Virus record (IMG/VR): IMGVR_UViG_3300038393_001969
Location: 1 to 24,727 of that record
Length of the DNA: 24,727 nucleotides
Direction: 5' to 3' (one strand)
Source of the DNA: a virus
Taxonomy: Duplodnaviria > Caudoviricetes
The notes under the pieces are model-generated. The model saw only the letters and a list, made by a program, of their open reading frames with translations, had not been told where the DNA came from and did not search any database. The translations under genes and the position numbers were made by a program. This document shows, piece by piece, positions 8,089 to 15,577 of the stretch (position 1 is the stretch's first letter; each line of letters opens with the position of its first letter).

Positions 8089-8849
8089 TCCCGTCCCCCC
8101 GCCACACCCGGCGCGACCTTGAGCTTTGGGCCGAACTCGAGGATGCCGACCGAATCCATGCTGCGAGGCCGCAGTTCGCCGCCCGGCTCGAGCGCTCGCT
8201 CAGGGAGATCCGCGCCTTCGTCGCAACGCGGCCCTGCCATGCCGGAGTGTCGTGGGGTAAGGATTCGGTCGTGCTCGCGCACCTGCTCTGGCTGACGGCG
8301 CGGCACGTCCCCCTGATGCACCTGCGGCCGAGCAACCACAACCCGGATTGCGACCGGGTGCGCGACGCCTACTTCGTGCGGTTCCCCGGCCAGCCCTACG
8401 AGGAGATTGCCGTCGACTACCGGGACGTGGACCGCACCCTACCGGACGAGCAGGTCGACCGCTTGACGGACCAGCGGTGGTATGCCGCGATCCGCGAGTA
8501 CGAGGCGGCCCACGGCAACCGGCATCTCCTGGGGATCCGCTCCGACGAGTCGTTCGGGCGGCGGATCCGCACGCTGCGGTGGGGGTTGAGCACGCCTCGC
8601 ACCTGCGCCCCGATCGCGTGGTGGACGACGGCCGACGTCTTCGGCTATCTCGCGAAGCACGACCTGCCGACCCACCCGGCCTACGCGATGCTGGGCGGCG
8701 GCCGGTGGCCGCGCGACCGGCTCCGGGTCGCAGAGATCGGGGATACGCACGGCAAGGGGTCGGGACGGCGAGACTGGGAACTCGAATTTTACGGCGACGT
8801 GCTGAGGCGGCTGGAGTATGGAGGACGACCGTCATGCTTAAACTTGTGA
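8082..8849 (+). CDS. cysH: CysH-like (PAPS reductase family / PP-loop) protein of the type IV-B locus
   Basis: PP-loop variant SWGKDS, LGIRSDES..R and PIAWWT..DVF.YL. Coupled to the cas6 stop. CysH-like genes are the hallmark accessory of subtype IV-B. Confidence 0.85.
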   Translation: MLIPSPRHTRRDLELWAELEDADRIHAARPQFAARLERSLREIRAFVATRPCHAGVSWGKDSVVLAHLLWLTARHVPLMHLRPSNHNPDCDRVRDAYFVRFPGQPYEEIAVDYRDVDRTLPDEQVDRLTDQRWYAAIREYEAAHGNRHLLGIRSDESFGRRIRTLRWGLSTPRTCAPIAWWTTADVFGYLAKHDLPTHPAYAMLGGGRWPRDRLRVAEIGDTHGKGSGRRDWELEFYGDVLRRLEYGGRPSCLNL

Positions 8850-9313
8850 TTTCCGGTGGCCAAACAGGAAGTGATCAGGCCGGCTGGCGTGCGGCTCGCG
8901 CGGCGGGACTGGAAACCGGCGGTTGGATGCCCCAGGGGTGGCTCACCGAGGAAGGCTCCCGGCCGGAATTCGCCGAACTCTACGGCGCAAGGGAGACGGA
9001 CTCCTACGACTATCCGACGCGAACCCGAAAGAACGTCGAGATGGCTGATCTGACGATCTGGTTCGGCTCCGGCGATTCGTCGGGGTTCTGGTGTACGCGC
9101 AATGCGGCCAATGCGGCTCACAAGCCATTCTGGATCATCGAGCGACCCGATCAGGTGGGCGACCCGGCCCCCGCCATCGCAAAACGGATCAACTTGCTCG
9201 GTTACAAGGTGGTCAACGTCGCGGGAAATCGCGGCTCGAAGATGGCTGATGGCGGGGCGTGGGTTGAGGCGTTTCTGCGAGAGGTGTTCGCGTTGCTCGG
9301 GCAACAAGGCTGA
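8834..9313 (+). CDS. SLOG-superfamily 'putative molybdenum carrier' protein
   Basis: ISGGQTG.DQA...AA...G..TGGW.P.G, Y..RT..NV..AD.T..F and VNVAGNR.S motifs. Overlaps the cysH end. Confidence 0.85.
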   Translation: MLKLVISGGQTGSDQAGWRAARAAGLETGGWMPQGWLTEEGSRPEFAELYGARETDSYDYPTRTRKNVEMADLTIWFGSGDSSGFWCTRNAANAAHKPFWIIERPDQVGDPAPAIAKRINLLGYKVVNVAGNRGSKMADGGAWVEAFLREVFALLGQQG

Positions 9314-9328
9314 GGGGAGGGCAGGGGA

Positions 9329-9583
9329 GTGGCTGAGCCGAAGACGAAGAGCCTTGGGTTGATGACGCACCGTACCGTCGCTCGGCTGTGTGATCTCGAC
9401 ACTGAAACGCTGAGGAAGTGGGTGGCCAAGGGCCGTTGGCCAGAACCCCACTCCATCATCGAGCAGACGTGGTTCTACCCGACCGACCTCATCCACCATT
9501 ACATCCACACCGGGGGATGGCCTGAAGGGACCAAGTTCCGCGAGGGAATGGGCGAGGCCAGGACCGCACCCGAGTCAGGTTGA
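9329..9583 (+). CDS. Excisionase/AlpA-like winged-helix DNA-binding protein
   Basis: LMT...VA.L.....ETLRKWV.KG.WP.P pattern; convergent with and adjacent to the integrase. Confidence 0.7.
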   Translation: MAEPKTKSLGLMTHRTVARLCDLDTETLRKWVAKGRWPEPHSIIEQTWFYPTDLIHHYIHTGGWPEGTKFREGMGEARTAPESG

Positions 9584-10681
9584 CGGTTCGGGTTTCTGCT
9601 CGAATCTCATGTCGGCCACATGCTTCCTTGCCTCGGTCTCGCTGATCTTCGTATAGCGCCCGGTCATGGCGGGGGTCGTGTGACCGAGTTGTGCTTGGAT
9701 GACCGAGAACGGCTTGCCTTCAAGGGCCATCCATCGCCCGTACGTATGCCGCAAGTCGTGAGGTGTGCCCGCCTTCACCTTCGCCTTGATGATCGACCGC
9801 TCGATCGCCGCCCTTGCCGAGTCATAGGGCACAACGCCGGCGCCGCGTGGGTTCGGAAAGACCAAATTGGGCGAATTTCCTGTCATCGCTCTCCGCTCCA
9901 GGATTTCGCGTGCCGTCTCGATCAGGGCAATCTTGTAGGCTCTCCCGGATTTTGAATGCTCCTTGGGGATGGTCAAGAACCCCTCCCCGAAATCGATCCA
10001 TGACCACTCCATCGCCAGCGTGGCCGAAATCCGGATGCCGGTTGTGGCTAAGACCATAACGAGGTCGGATTGCCACGGCTTGGAGCAGTTCGCCGCGATG
10101 GCCGCGACTTCCTCGGGACTCCAGAATGTCGGCTCGGGCTGGATGATCTTCCCCGGCACGTCCACGAGGTGCCAGGGGTTGGCTTGCACCAGTTCGTCTT
10201 CTAGGGCCTTTGTCCAGATCGGCCCGAGATAGCCTTTTTCCGTCTGAAGTGTGCTCGCGCTGACTTTCTTGATGCGCTCTTGCAGGTAGTCCCGGCAGAA
10301 TGCTTTGTTGACCCCCTGGAGGGATTTGACGCCCCGCTTCTCCGCGAAGGCGAGGAGCGTTTTGATGTGCCGCGCGAGCTGCTTGAGCGATCCGGCATCA
10401 TGCGTCGCCTCGTAGGCGTGGACGTAATCGGCCAGGTAGCCATCAAGCCCCTTGGCACGCTTTGGCGGTGCGGCCATGTTGTTTTTGGCCCGGTACTCGA
10501 TCTCCTCGAATTCTCTCGCCCGGTCCTTGATGAACTGCGGGGGCGTCTTTGGAGGCCGCGACTTGGACCACGGCGCAGGCTGCTTTCCGAGTGACGCACG
10601 CTTCCAGTCGCCGGCCGGATCGGGTTTGTATTTCATGTACCATCGGCCGCGATTTTCGTCGAACCAGGGGGCGCTCGCCAT
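9575..10681 (-). CDS. int: Tyrosine recombinase (phage integrase)
   Basis: Start ATG at 10681 with an AGGAG RBS (MASAPWFDENRGRWYMKY, arm-binding-like N-terminus). Catalytic TGIR, K(SKSG), HDLRH, LGH and T..Y motifs. Confidence 0.92.
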   Translation of the reverse strand: MASAPWFDENRGRWYMKYKPDPAGDWKRASLGKQPAPWSKSRPPKTPPQFIKDRAREFEEIEYRAKNNMAAPPKRAKGLDGYLADYVHAYEATHDAGSLKQLARHIKTLLAFAEKRGVKSLQGVNKAFCRDYLQERIKKVSASTLQTEKGYLGPIWTKALEDELVQANPWHLVDVPGKIIQPEPTFWSPEEVAAIAANCSKPWQSDLVMVLATTGIRISATLAMEWSWIDFGEGFLTIPKEHSKSGRAYKIALIETAREILERRAMTGNSPNLVFPNPRGAGVVPYDSARAAIERSIIKAKVKAGTPHDLRHTYGRWMALEGKPFSVIQAQLGHTTPAMTGRYTKISETEARKHVADMRFEQKPEPST

Positions 10682-10696
10682 GTGGACTCCTGCACT

Positions 10697-11009
10697 TTGG
10701 GCCCCTTTTGGGCCCAAGGGGTTACGGCGATTCTTGGCTGAACGCAAGTCCAGGAAAACTCGCCATAAGTCCTTAGTTTTCATCCGGTTGCAGGGTGAAC
10801 AGTACAGTGTACGTTCAGTGGGGCATGGCATCTAGAATACAACAAGAATGCGTCAGGTTTCCAGCCCAATCTGAGACGTAATGCTTGGTGGGCAAGGGCG
10901 TTTCGGAAACCGGCCCAGACAAAGGAAGCCCGATTGGTGCCGCCGAAACAGGCGTTTAAGGCGATTCCGGCGTTCCTCTTGGTGCTTTGCTTGGGCCCAT
11001 CATGGGCCC
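10697..11009. other. Putative attP site with arm-type integrase binding repeats
   Basis: Two pairs of (T/A)TGGGCCC repeats, each pair 11 bp apart: 10697/10708 and 10991/11002. They flank a lower-GC non-coding core beside int. Confidence 0.6.
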
Positions 11010-11066
11010 CAGAAGGGGAGAGAAGGGGCCGATGCAGGTCTAGGGATAGCCTGCCCCCGCGCACAC

Positions 11067-11106
11067 AAAAACCGCCCCGGCCCTTCCCTGGCCCGAGGCG
11101 GTCTTT
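11067..11106 (-). terminator. Intrinsic terminator, possibly bidirectional
   Basis: Hairpin accgccccggccc...ggcccgaggcggt. On the minus strand it is followed by TTTTT, downstream of the 11202-12803 gene; a short cttt tail follows on the plus strand. Confidence 0.65.
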
Positions 11107-11201
11107 ATGTTGTTCGGGTGCCTTGGCCCGGCTCACTTCGATCCTGATGGCCTGTCGAAGTCATCGATGATTGTCGTCGCGTGTTCCGACCGTGACTCTT
11201 G

Positions 11202-12803
11202 TTAATCCCACCGATCGAGACGGTAATCCGCGTGCATTCGTCCCGAGTGGACGCGAACTAAGGCGTTCCACTTCGATCCCTGATCCAACATGATCCCGTT
11301 GGCCGACTGCTCCTCAGCACCTTCCAGCGTGGCGCTTCGCGAGTATGCCTCGATCGTCGCCCGGATGGCGCGGAGGTCGGCCTTGAGGATCTCGGGGAAT
11401 AGCGCAGCGCTCGTGTTCCGCGAGTCCCTCGCCCCTTCAAGGATCAGGATCGCCGCCTTGCCTTGATGGCCAAATCCGCCGTCGCCCCACATCGGTGGCT
11501 TCAGGGTGATCGCTGCGACGGTGTGCCATCGCCCTGAGGCTAGGCCCCATTGCTCGGGCGTCGATCCACCGCTGTAGACGTACCATGACACCGGATTTCG
11601 TCGCTCCGGACGGTCCCATTGGAGGATCGGCGGGGCGTCGGCATTCGCGGCCGTCACGAGCGCCGTGTAGGCGCCAGGGCCATGCGGGGCGTAGAACTCG
11701 ATGCGGTCAGCGGTCGGGAGCACCGTCCGGGTAAACTTGTCCCACGTCATCGTCGCGGGCGGGACGATCAGTTGCGATGGAGCCGATTCGCCTTTCGGCT
11801 TCAGGTGGCCGAAGACGCCGTTCGTGGCTGGCGTTTCTGGCTTGGGTTTCGGCGTCCAGATCGTCTCGATATCCTCAAGCCGGGCGAACCGGCGCGAGAG
11901 CGAAGGCTGGATACCAAGTTGCTCAACAAGTTTCTCGGCCTGCGCGATGTTCCCCGCCGTGGGCGGAGCCTGCGGACGCTGGTATTGGAGCGGATGCATC
12001 TTGGCGGCGAACCGGCGGGAGATCTCACCGAATTCCATGCCAGCGGCGATGTCTTCCAGGAGTGTGCCGATCATCGATGATCGCGGATGGCAGACCCCGG
12101 CCGGAGCTGTCGCGACCGCCCGCCAGACGAGATTGCTTCGCGCCGGCCCACGTACGCCGTCGATCGCCACATGCAGGTCGTGGAGCCACTGGGCCGGGCC
12201 GAACACCTTGTCGCTTCGATTGAGCGACTCGTTCCTGAGGAGCGTCAGGGCTTGCTCAACCGTGGTTCGGGTGAATTCCTCGAGCGCCCGGAGTACGGCC
12301 AGGAACTCCTGTTTCTTCTCGGCCATCGCCTGCCCAGGCGTCAGGATGCGCCCACGATAGATGGTGGCCTCTGGGACTGTCACGGCCAGGTGATGCCAAG
12401 GGCCGGTAACAGGCTGACCCCAGACGGCTTGCTTGCTGAGGAAGACGCCGGTGACCCTCGCCCTGCGGACGACCCTTTCAACGGCGGCAACCGCCGTCTT
12501 GTAGTGCTCGGGTGCATCGTCTGCGTCCCAGATTGCTGGCCGCGTCTGGCCTTCGGCGTCGATCGTCACGAGTCCGCCGTAGCCCTCCAAGAAGCGGCGG
12601 CAGGCGTGACAGTTGTGGTATTGCCGGTCGGCCGCGAAGCCGTCCAGATAAGCGTCGAAGAGTCCTTCGGCGTCGGTTGCGAAGATTGCCCCGCCGTCCA
12701 GCTGGTTGCGAAGGAAGCGTTCCTGGATTCGGGCGAGGAAACCATCGTATTCGCGGTCATCGCGGGCAGGTTCTGCTGTGTCGGCGGCCTTGGTGCTCAG
12801 CAT
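11202..12803 (-). CDS. Hypothetical 533-aa protein with an N-terminal CxxC (NCHACRRF)
   Basis: Long ORF with a GAGGAG RBS and normal codon usage; no function recognised. Confidence 0.8.
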   Translation of the reverse strand: MLSTKAADTAEPARDDREYDGFLARIQERFLRNQLDGGAIFATDAEGLFDAYLDGFAADRQYHNCHACRRFLEGYGGLVTIDAEGQTRPAIWDADDAPEHYKTAVAAVERVVRRARVTGVFLSKQAVWGQPVTGPWHHLAVTVPEATIYRGRILTPGQAMAEKKQEFLAVLRALEEFTRTTVEQALTLLRNESLNRSDKVFGPAQWLHDLHVAIDGVRGPARSNLVWRAVATAPAGVCHPRSSMIGTLLEDIAAGMEFGEISRRFAAKMHPLQYQRPQAPPTAGNIAQAEKLVEQLGIQPSLSRRFARLEDIETIWTPKPKPETPATNGVFGHLKPKGESAPSQLIVPPATMTWDKFTRTVLPTADRIEFYAPHGPGAYTALVTAANADAPPILQWDRPERRNPVSWYVYSGGSTPEQWGLASGRWHTVAAITLKPPMWGDGGFGHQGKAAILILEGARDSRNTSAALFPEILKADLRAIRATIEAYSRSATLEGAEEQSANGIMLDQGSKWNALVRVHSGRMHADYRLDRWD

Positions 12804-12830
12804 GGCCGGGTGCTCCTCTGGTGTTCCTGG

Positions 12831-13160
12831 TTAGCCCATCAGCCCCCGCGCCGTCCGCGCCAACTCCGCACCGACCGGGGTGAGTGAGTAGAAGTTGTTT
12901 TTCCCCCGACGCTCGGCGTTCACAATGCCGCCGTATCGCATCAGCACAAGGTGGTGGCTGACCGCCGGCTGACCGTGGCCGATGGCCGAGCAGATATCGC
13001 CGACGCAGGTCTCGCCGGCCCCGAGCAAAAGCATGATCTGGAGGCGAGTCGGATCGCTGGCCTGCTTCAAGGTCGCGGCGGCGTCGCGAATGGGCTTCAT
13101 GTCGATCGGGGCCGGCTTCGTCGCGGGCTTGCGGGTGACCTTGGTGGCGGTCGCGGGCAT
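12831..13160 (-). CDS. ArsR/SmtB-family transcriptional regulator
   Basis: LK..SDPTRLQI..LL..GE.CV.DI......QPAVSHHL..MR..GIV..ERRGK..FYSL; AAGGAG RBS. Confidence 0.9.
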   Translation of the reverse strand: MPATATKVTRKPATKPAPIDMKPIRDAAATLKQASDPTRLQIMLLLGAGETCVGDICSAIGHGQPAVSHHLVLMRYGGIVNAERRGKNNFYSLTPVGAELARTARGLMG

Positions 13161-13204
13161 GGGCGGAGGCTCCTTTGGGAGTAATGGGAAGGTGTGACGC
13201 TTCC

Positions 13205-13233
13205 ATCATATCCGCAGTCGACTAGAAATTCAA
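13205..13233 (-). promoter_or_regulatory. Leftward sigma70-type promoter of the arsR operon
   Basis: Minus strand reads TTGAAT, 17 nt, TATGAT. Confidence 0.65.
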
Positions 13234-13268
13234 TGACGCTCGGGTGTCGAACCGTGGATTGGCTAACC

Positions 13269-13297
13269 TTGCCTAGACCCATCACAGATGCTAGAAT
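13269..13297 (+). promoter_or_regulatory. Rightward sigma70-type promoter (extended -10)
   Basis: TTGCCT, 17 nt, TAGAAT, with TG one base before the -10 box. Confidence 0.6.
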
Positions 13298-13476
13298 GGG
13301 AGAAAAGTCAACCCCCCAACCCTCCGAATCGAGCGACCACCATTATTTTCTGTCCGACGGACATTTTTTTTATCCCTTTACTTCGAAAGCGGTTGCGGGC
13401 ATGACGCCCCAAATTCTGTCCAACGAGGCACAGGCTTATAAATGTACGCCTCGTGCGGCGAAGCCAGGGGGATGCC

Positions 13477-13764
13477 ATGCTGGCAAGGCAGATCACCACG
13501 CGGACGGACGACGGCGAGATTTCCGTCGATTTCGTCAGGGCCGACCTCGTGCGGGCACCCAAGAGGAAGACGAACCGGCCTCTCACGCCTACCGAAGAGA
13601 TGGAACTTCGGGACAAGGTGTGGGTGATCCTCGCTAATCAGGGACTGACCACGCATGAAATCGAAAGGGCGTGCGCAAAAGCTGCCCAAAGCGAGCGAAA
13701 CATTAGGCGCCGCCTTGGGCGATTTCAAGAAGTCCAAGCGCAAGATCCGGCTGAAGCCAATTAA
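13477..13764 (+). CDS. Putative HTH-like DNA-binding protein (may be the N-terminal half of a frameshifted gene)
   Basis: AGGGGG RBS; QGLTTHEI....SERNIRRRL resembles an HTH recognition helix. Confidence 0.5.
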   Translation: MLARQITTRTDDGEISVDFVRADLVRAPKRKTNRPLTPTEEMELRDKVWVILANQGLTTHEIERACAKAAQSERNIRRRLGRFQEVQAQDPAEAN

Positions 13765-14152
13765 AGAAAGGCGGCAGCGCCTTCCGGGTGAGCCTGATCT
13801 TGTCCCCCACTTCCCAATCACGCCCTTTGCCCGTGCCCAGGCCGTCCGTCACGAAGACGGGTCTTTCACCGAGAAGCCGGTTCCCTGTCCCCACAAGAAG
13901 GCGTACAGGCGGGGTTCATCGCTCGTCTGTATGGTCTGTCACAGGAGCGGCAAGGATCACCTCAAGGCTCTCCAGCGGTCTCCAGCGGCCGACCCCAAGC
14001 CGGAGCCCAAGTACATCCCGCCGGTCGATCCGAAGCCGAGGCCATTGACCCGCAAGGAAAAGCGGTCCCTCAAGGGCGATTACAGGCTCCGCGAATCCAC
14101 GCTCTCGCCCGACGACCGGACCTTTCTCCGCCAGCACGGCGTCGACCTCTAG
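13655..14152 (+). CDS. Cys/His-containing basic protein (CPH...CMVCH), start uncertain
   Basis: Putative Zn-binding residues and a Pro/Lys-rich tail. Overlaps the previous ORF by 110 nt and has no clear RBS. Confidence 0.5.
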   Translation: MKSKGRAQKLPKASETLGAALGDFKKSKRKIRLKPIKERRQRLPGEPDLVPHFPITPFARAQAVRHEDGSFTEKPVPCPHKKAYRRGSSLVCMVCHRSGKDHLKALQRSPAADPKPEPKYIPPVDPKPRPLTRKEKRSLKGDYRLRESTLSPDDRTFLRQHGVDL

Positions 14153-14436
14153 GACTCTGGCGATGATGGGGCACCGCGAGCAACTCAAGACTGGTGCCGA
14201 GTGGGATCTGATTTGCGGTTGGCGAAAGGTCATGTGCTACATGCACCGACCTGGAGTCGCCCGGTCGATCAAAAACCAAATCAACCGTCGAAGCCGACGC
14301 GACTCTCGCCGCCGGTTGGCCGACGAATCCACTTCGTCTTGAGCCTCACCCTGATCCTCTCCTTCCCCTTCCGCGCCGGGGCAGGCGGTCACGTCGCAGT
14401 CGCCGCCCGCCCCGGTCCCGCCCTTGGATAACGCCC

Positions 14437-14748
14437 GTGCCTGGACACCTCAACCTCGACCGCAAGATTGACCCGCACTACACCACGGGCCGGATCCTCG
14501 TCCAGCACATTGAGTCAGGCGACGTGTTCACCGTGACGCCGATCGCGGGCTGGTGCAACGAGCGGGGCGAGGACTGGGTCAAGATCGCCTGCACGGACGA
14601 GGCCATGAAATTCCGGTTCTTGCGGGACGAGATCGCGGCGCGAGAGGTGGCGGAGAAGGCCGAGCCGATCGAGCCGGCGCCGCAGTCGACGCCCACGAAG
14701 CGGGACGAGTGCCATCGGCCGCATCGGCGGCTGTACGGCACGCGGTGA
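14437..14748 (+). CDS. Hypothetical protein
   Basis: 103-aa ORF with phage-like codon usage. Confidence 0.55.
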   Translation: MPGHLNLDRKIDPHYTTGRILVQHIESGDVFTVTPIAGWCNERGEDWVKIACTDEAMKFRFLRDEIAAREVAEKAEPIEPAPQSTPTKRDECHRPHRRLYGTR

Positions 14749-14761
14749 TCAGGAGCACGTG

Positions 14762-14896
14762 ATGTCCATTGAAGCTAAGCCGAAGACCGAATGCGAGAAG
14801 TGCAACCGCGAGAAGCCTGACGTGAAGTTCGACCCCGGAACGCGGCTGTATCTCTGCAATGCATGCTGGTTCTTGACGCCGCCCCGATTCGGTTGA
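14762..14896 (+). CDS. 44-aa zinc-ribbon microprotein (below the ORF-track cutoff)
   Basis: AGGAG RBS at 14751-14755; MSIEAKPKTECEKCNREKPDVKFDPGTRLYLCNACWFLTPPRFG, with two CxxC motifs. Confidence 0.65.
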   Translation: MSIEAKPKTECEKCNREKPDVKFDPGTRLYLCNACWFLTPPRFG

Positions 14897-15093
14897 TCCT
14901 CCAACTGATCGCTTGCGGCTTCGCCCTGATCGTTGTCGAACTCGCCGCCTGGTCCTGCCTGCTCGCCCTTGCCGACCGGCTCTCGTCGCTCTGGAGGCCC
15001 GCTTGTGGACATCCTCGCCTTCGTGTTAGCCGCCTTGGCCCTGACGGTCGCGGCGGTAGCGTTCAAGCGAGTCGAAGACCTCAGGGCTGCTGA
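14893..15093 (+). CDS. Small membrane protein
   Basis: TTGA start/stop overlap; hydrophobic N-terminus (LILQLIACGFALIVVELAAW). Confidence 0.4.
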   Translation: MILQLIACGFALIVVELAAWSCLLALADRLSSLWRPACGHPRLRVSRLGPDGRGGSVQASRRPQGC

Positions 15094-15358
15094 GCGGCGT
15101 CATGTGCAGGCACTGCGCGAGAACGGCAAGGATCTGGCCGCGATCCGCAACGCCGTCGGGTCCAGCGAGGATAGGGCCGCTGAACTGAAACTCGTGAAGG
15201 CCGAGCTGTCCGACTTCCGGAGGGCGTACGACCTCGCCGCCGAAGGCATGCCGACCGCCGTACGGTTGATCGCCCGCGAGGCGGTGGCCGACGCCCTGAC
15301 CCGTGCAACCGATTCCCTCTCATTCGAGCGACAGACCGAGGACACGAAAGGAGCCTAA
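15005..15358 (+). CDS. Membrane-anchored coiled-coil protein
   Basis: GTG with a GGAGG RBS; N-terminal TM (DILAFVLAALALTVAAVAF) followed by helical heptads. Confidence 0.6.
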   Translation: MDILAFVLAALALTVAAVAFKRVEDLRAAERRHVQALRENGKDLAAIRNAVGSSEDRAAELKLVKAELSDFRRAYDLAAEGMPTAVRLIAREAVADALTRATDSLSFERQTEDTKGA

Positions 15359-15361
15359 CCC

Positions 15362-15577
15362 ATGCCCACACCAAAAGAACTTCATGACGCCCTGATCGCG
15401 GCGCAGGCCGAGCGCGCTGCCGCTGAGGCCAAGATCCGGTCTGCCGCCGATGCGCTCGTGGCTGAGCTCAAGGATGGCGACGAGTTCGTGCTGACCGAGG
15501 AGGCCGTTCCCACCGTGCGGAAGGTCGGGAACGAGATCCACTACCGGACCATCCAGCCGCTTCCGACCGGAGCTTGA
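15362..15577 (+). CDS. Hypothetical protein
   Basis: AAAGGAG RBS; 71 aa. Confidence 0.65.
   Translation: MPTPKELHDALIAAQAERAAAEAKIRSAADALVAELKDGDEFVLTEEAVPTVRKVGNEIHYRTIQPLPTGA

Noticed and set aside
3993-8833. Long N-terminal extensions in the ORF track for csf1 (3993), csf3 (6266), cas6 (6958), cysH (7569) and SLOG (8348)
   Set aside because: They overlap upstream genes out of frame and have low-complexity sequence. Downstream starts with RBS and stop/start coupling fit better.
8082-8849. cysH as an auxiliary metabolic gene for sulfate assimilation
   Set aside because: It lacks the C-terminal ECG catalytic motif of true PAPS reductases and sits in a type IV-B cas operon.
10682-10831. Upstream extension of the integrase ORF to 10831
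   Set aside because: It runs through the arm-type repeats, whereas the ATG at 10681 has a proper AGGAG RBS.
10857-10950. GTTTCC...GGAAAC and GAAAC ends resembling CRISPR repeat termini near the cas operon
   Set aside because: There is no repeated unit of 25-40 bp with regular spacers, and the span is too long for one repeat. The region is better explained as attP.
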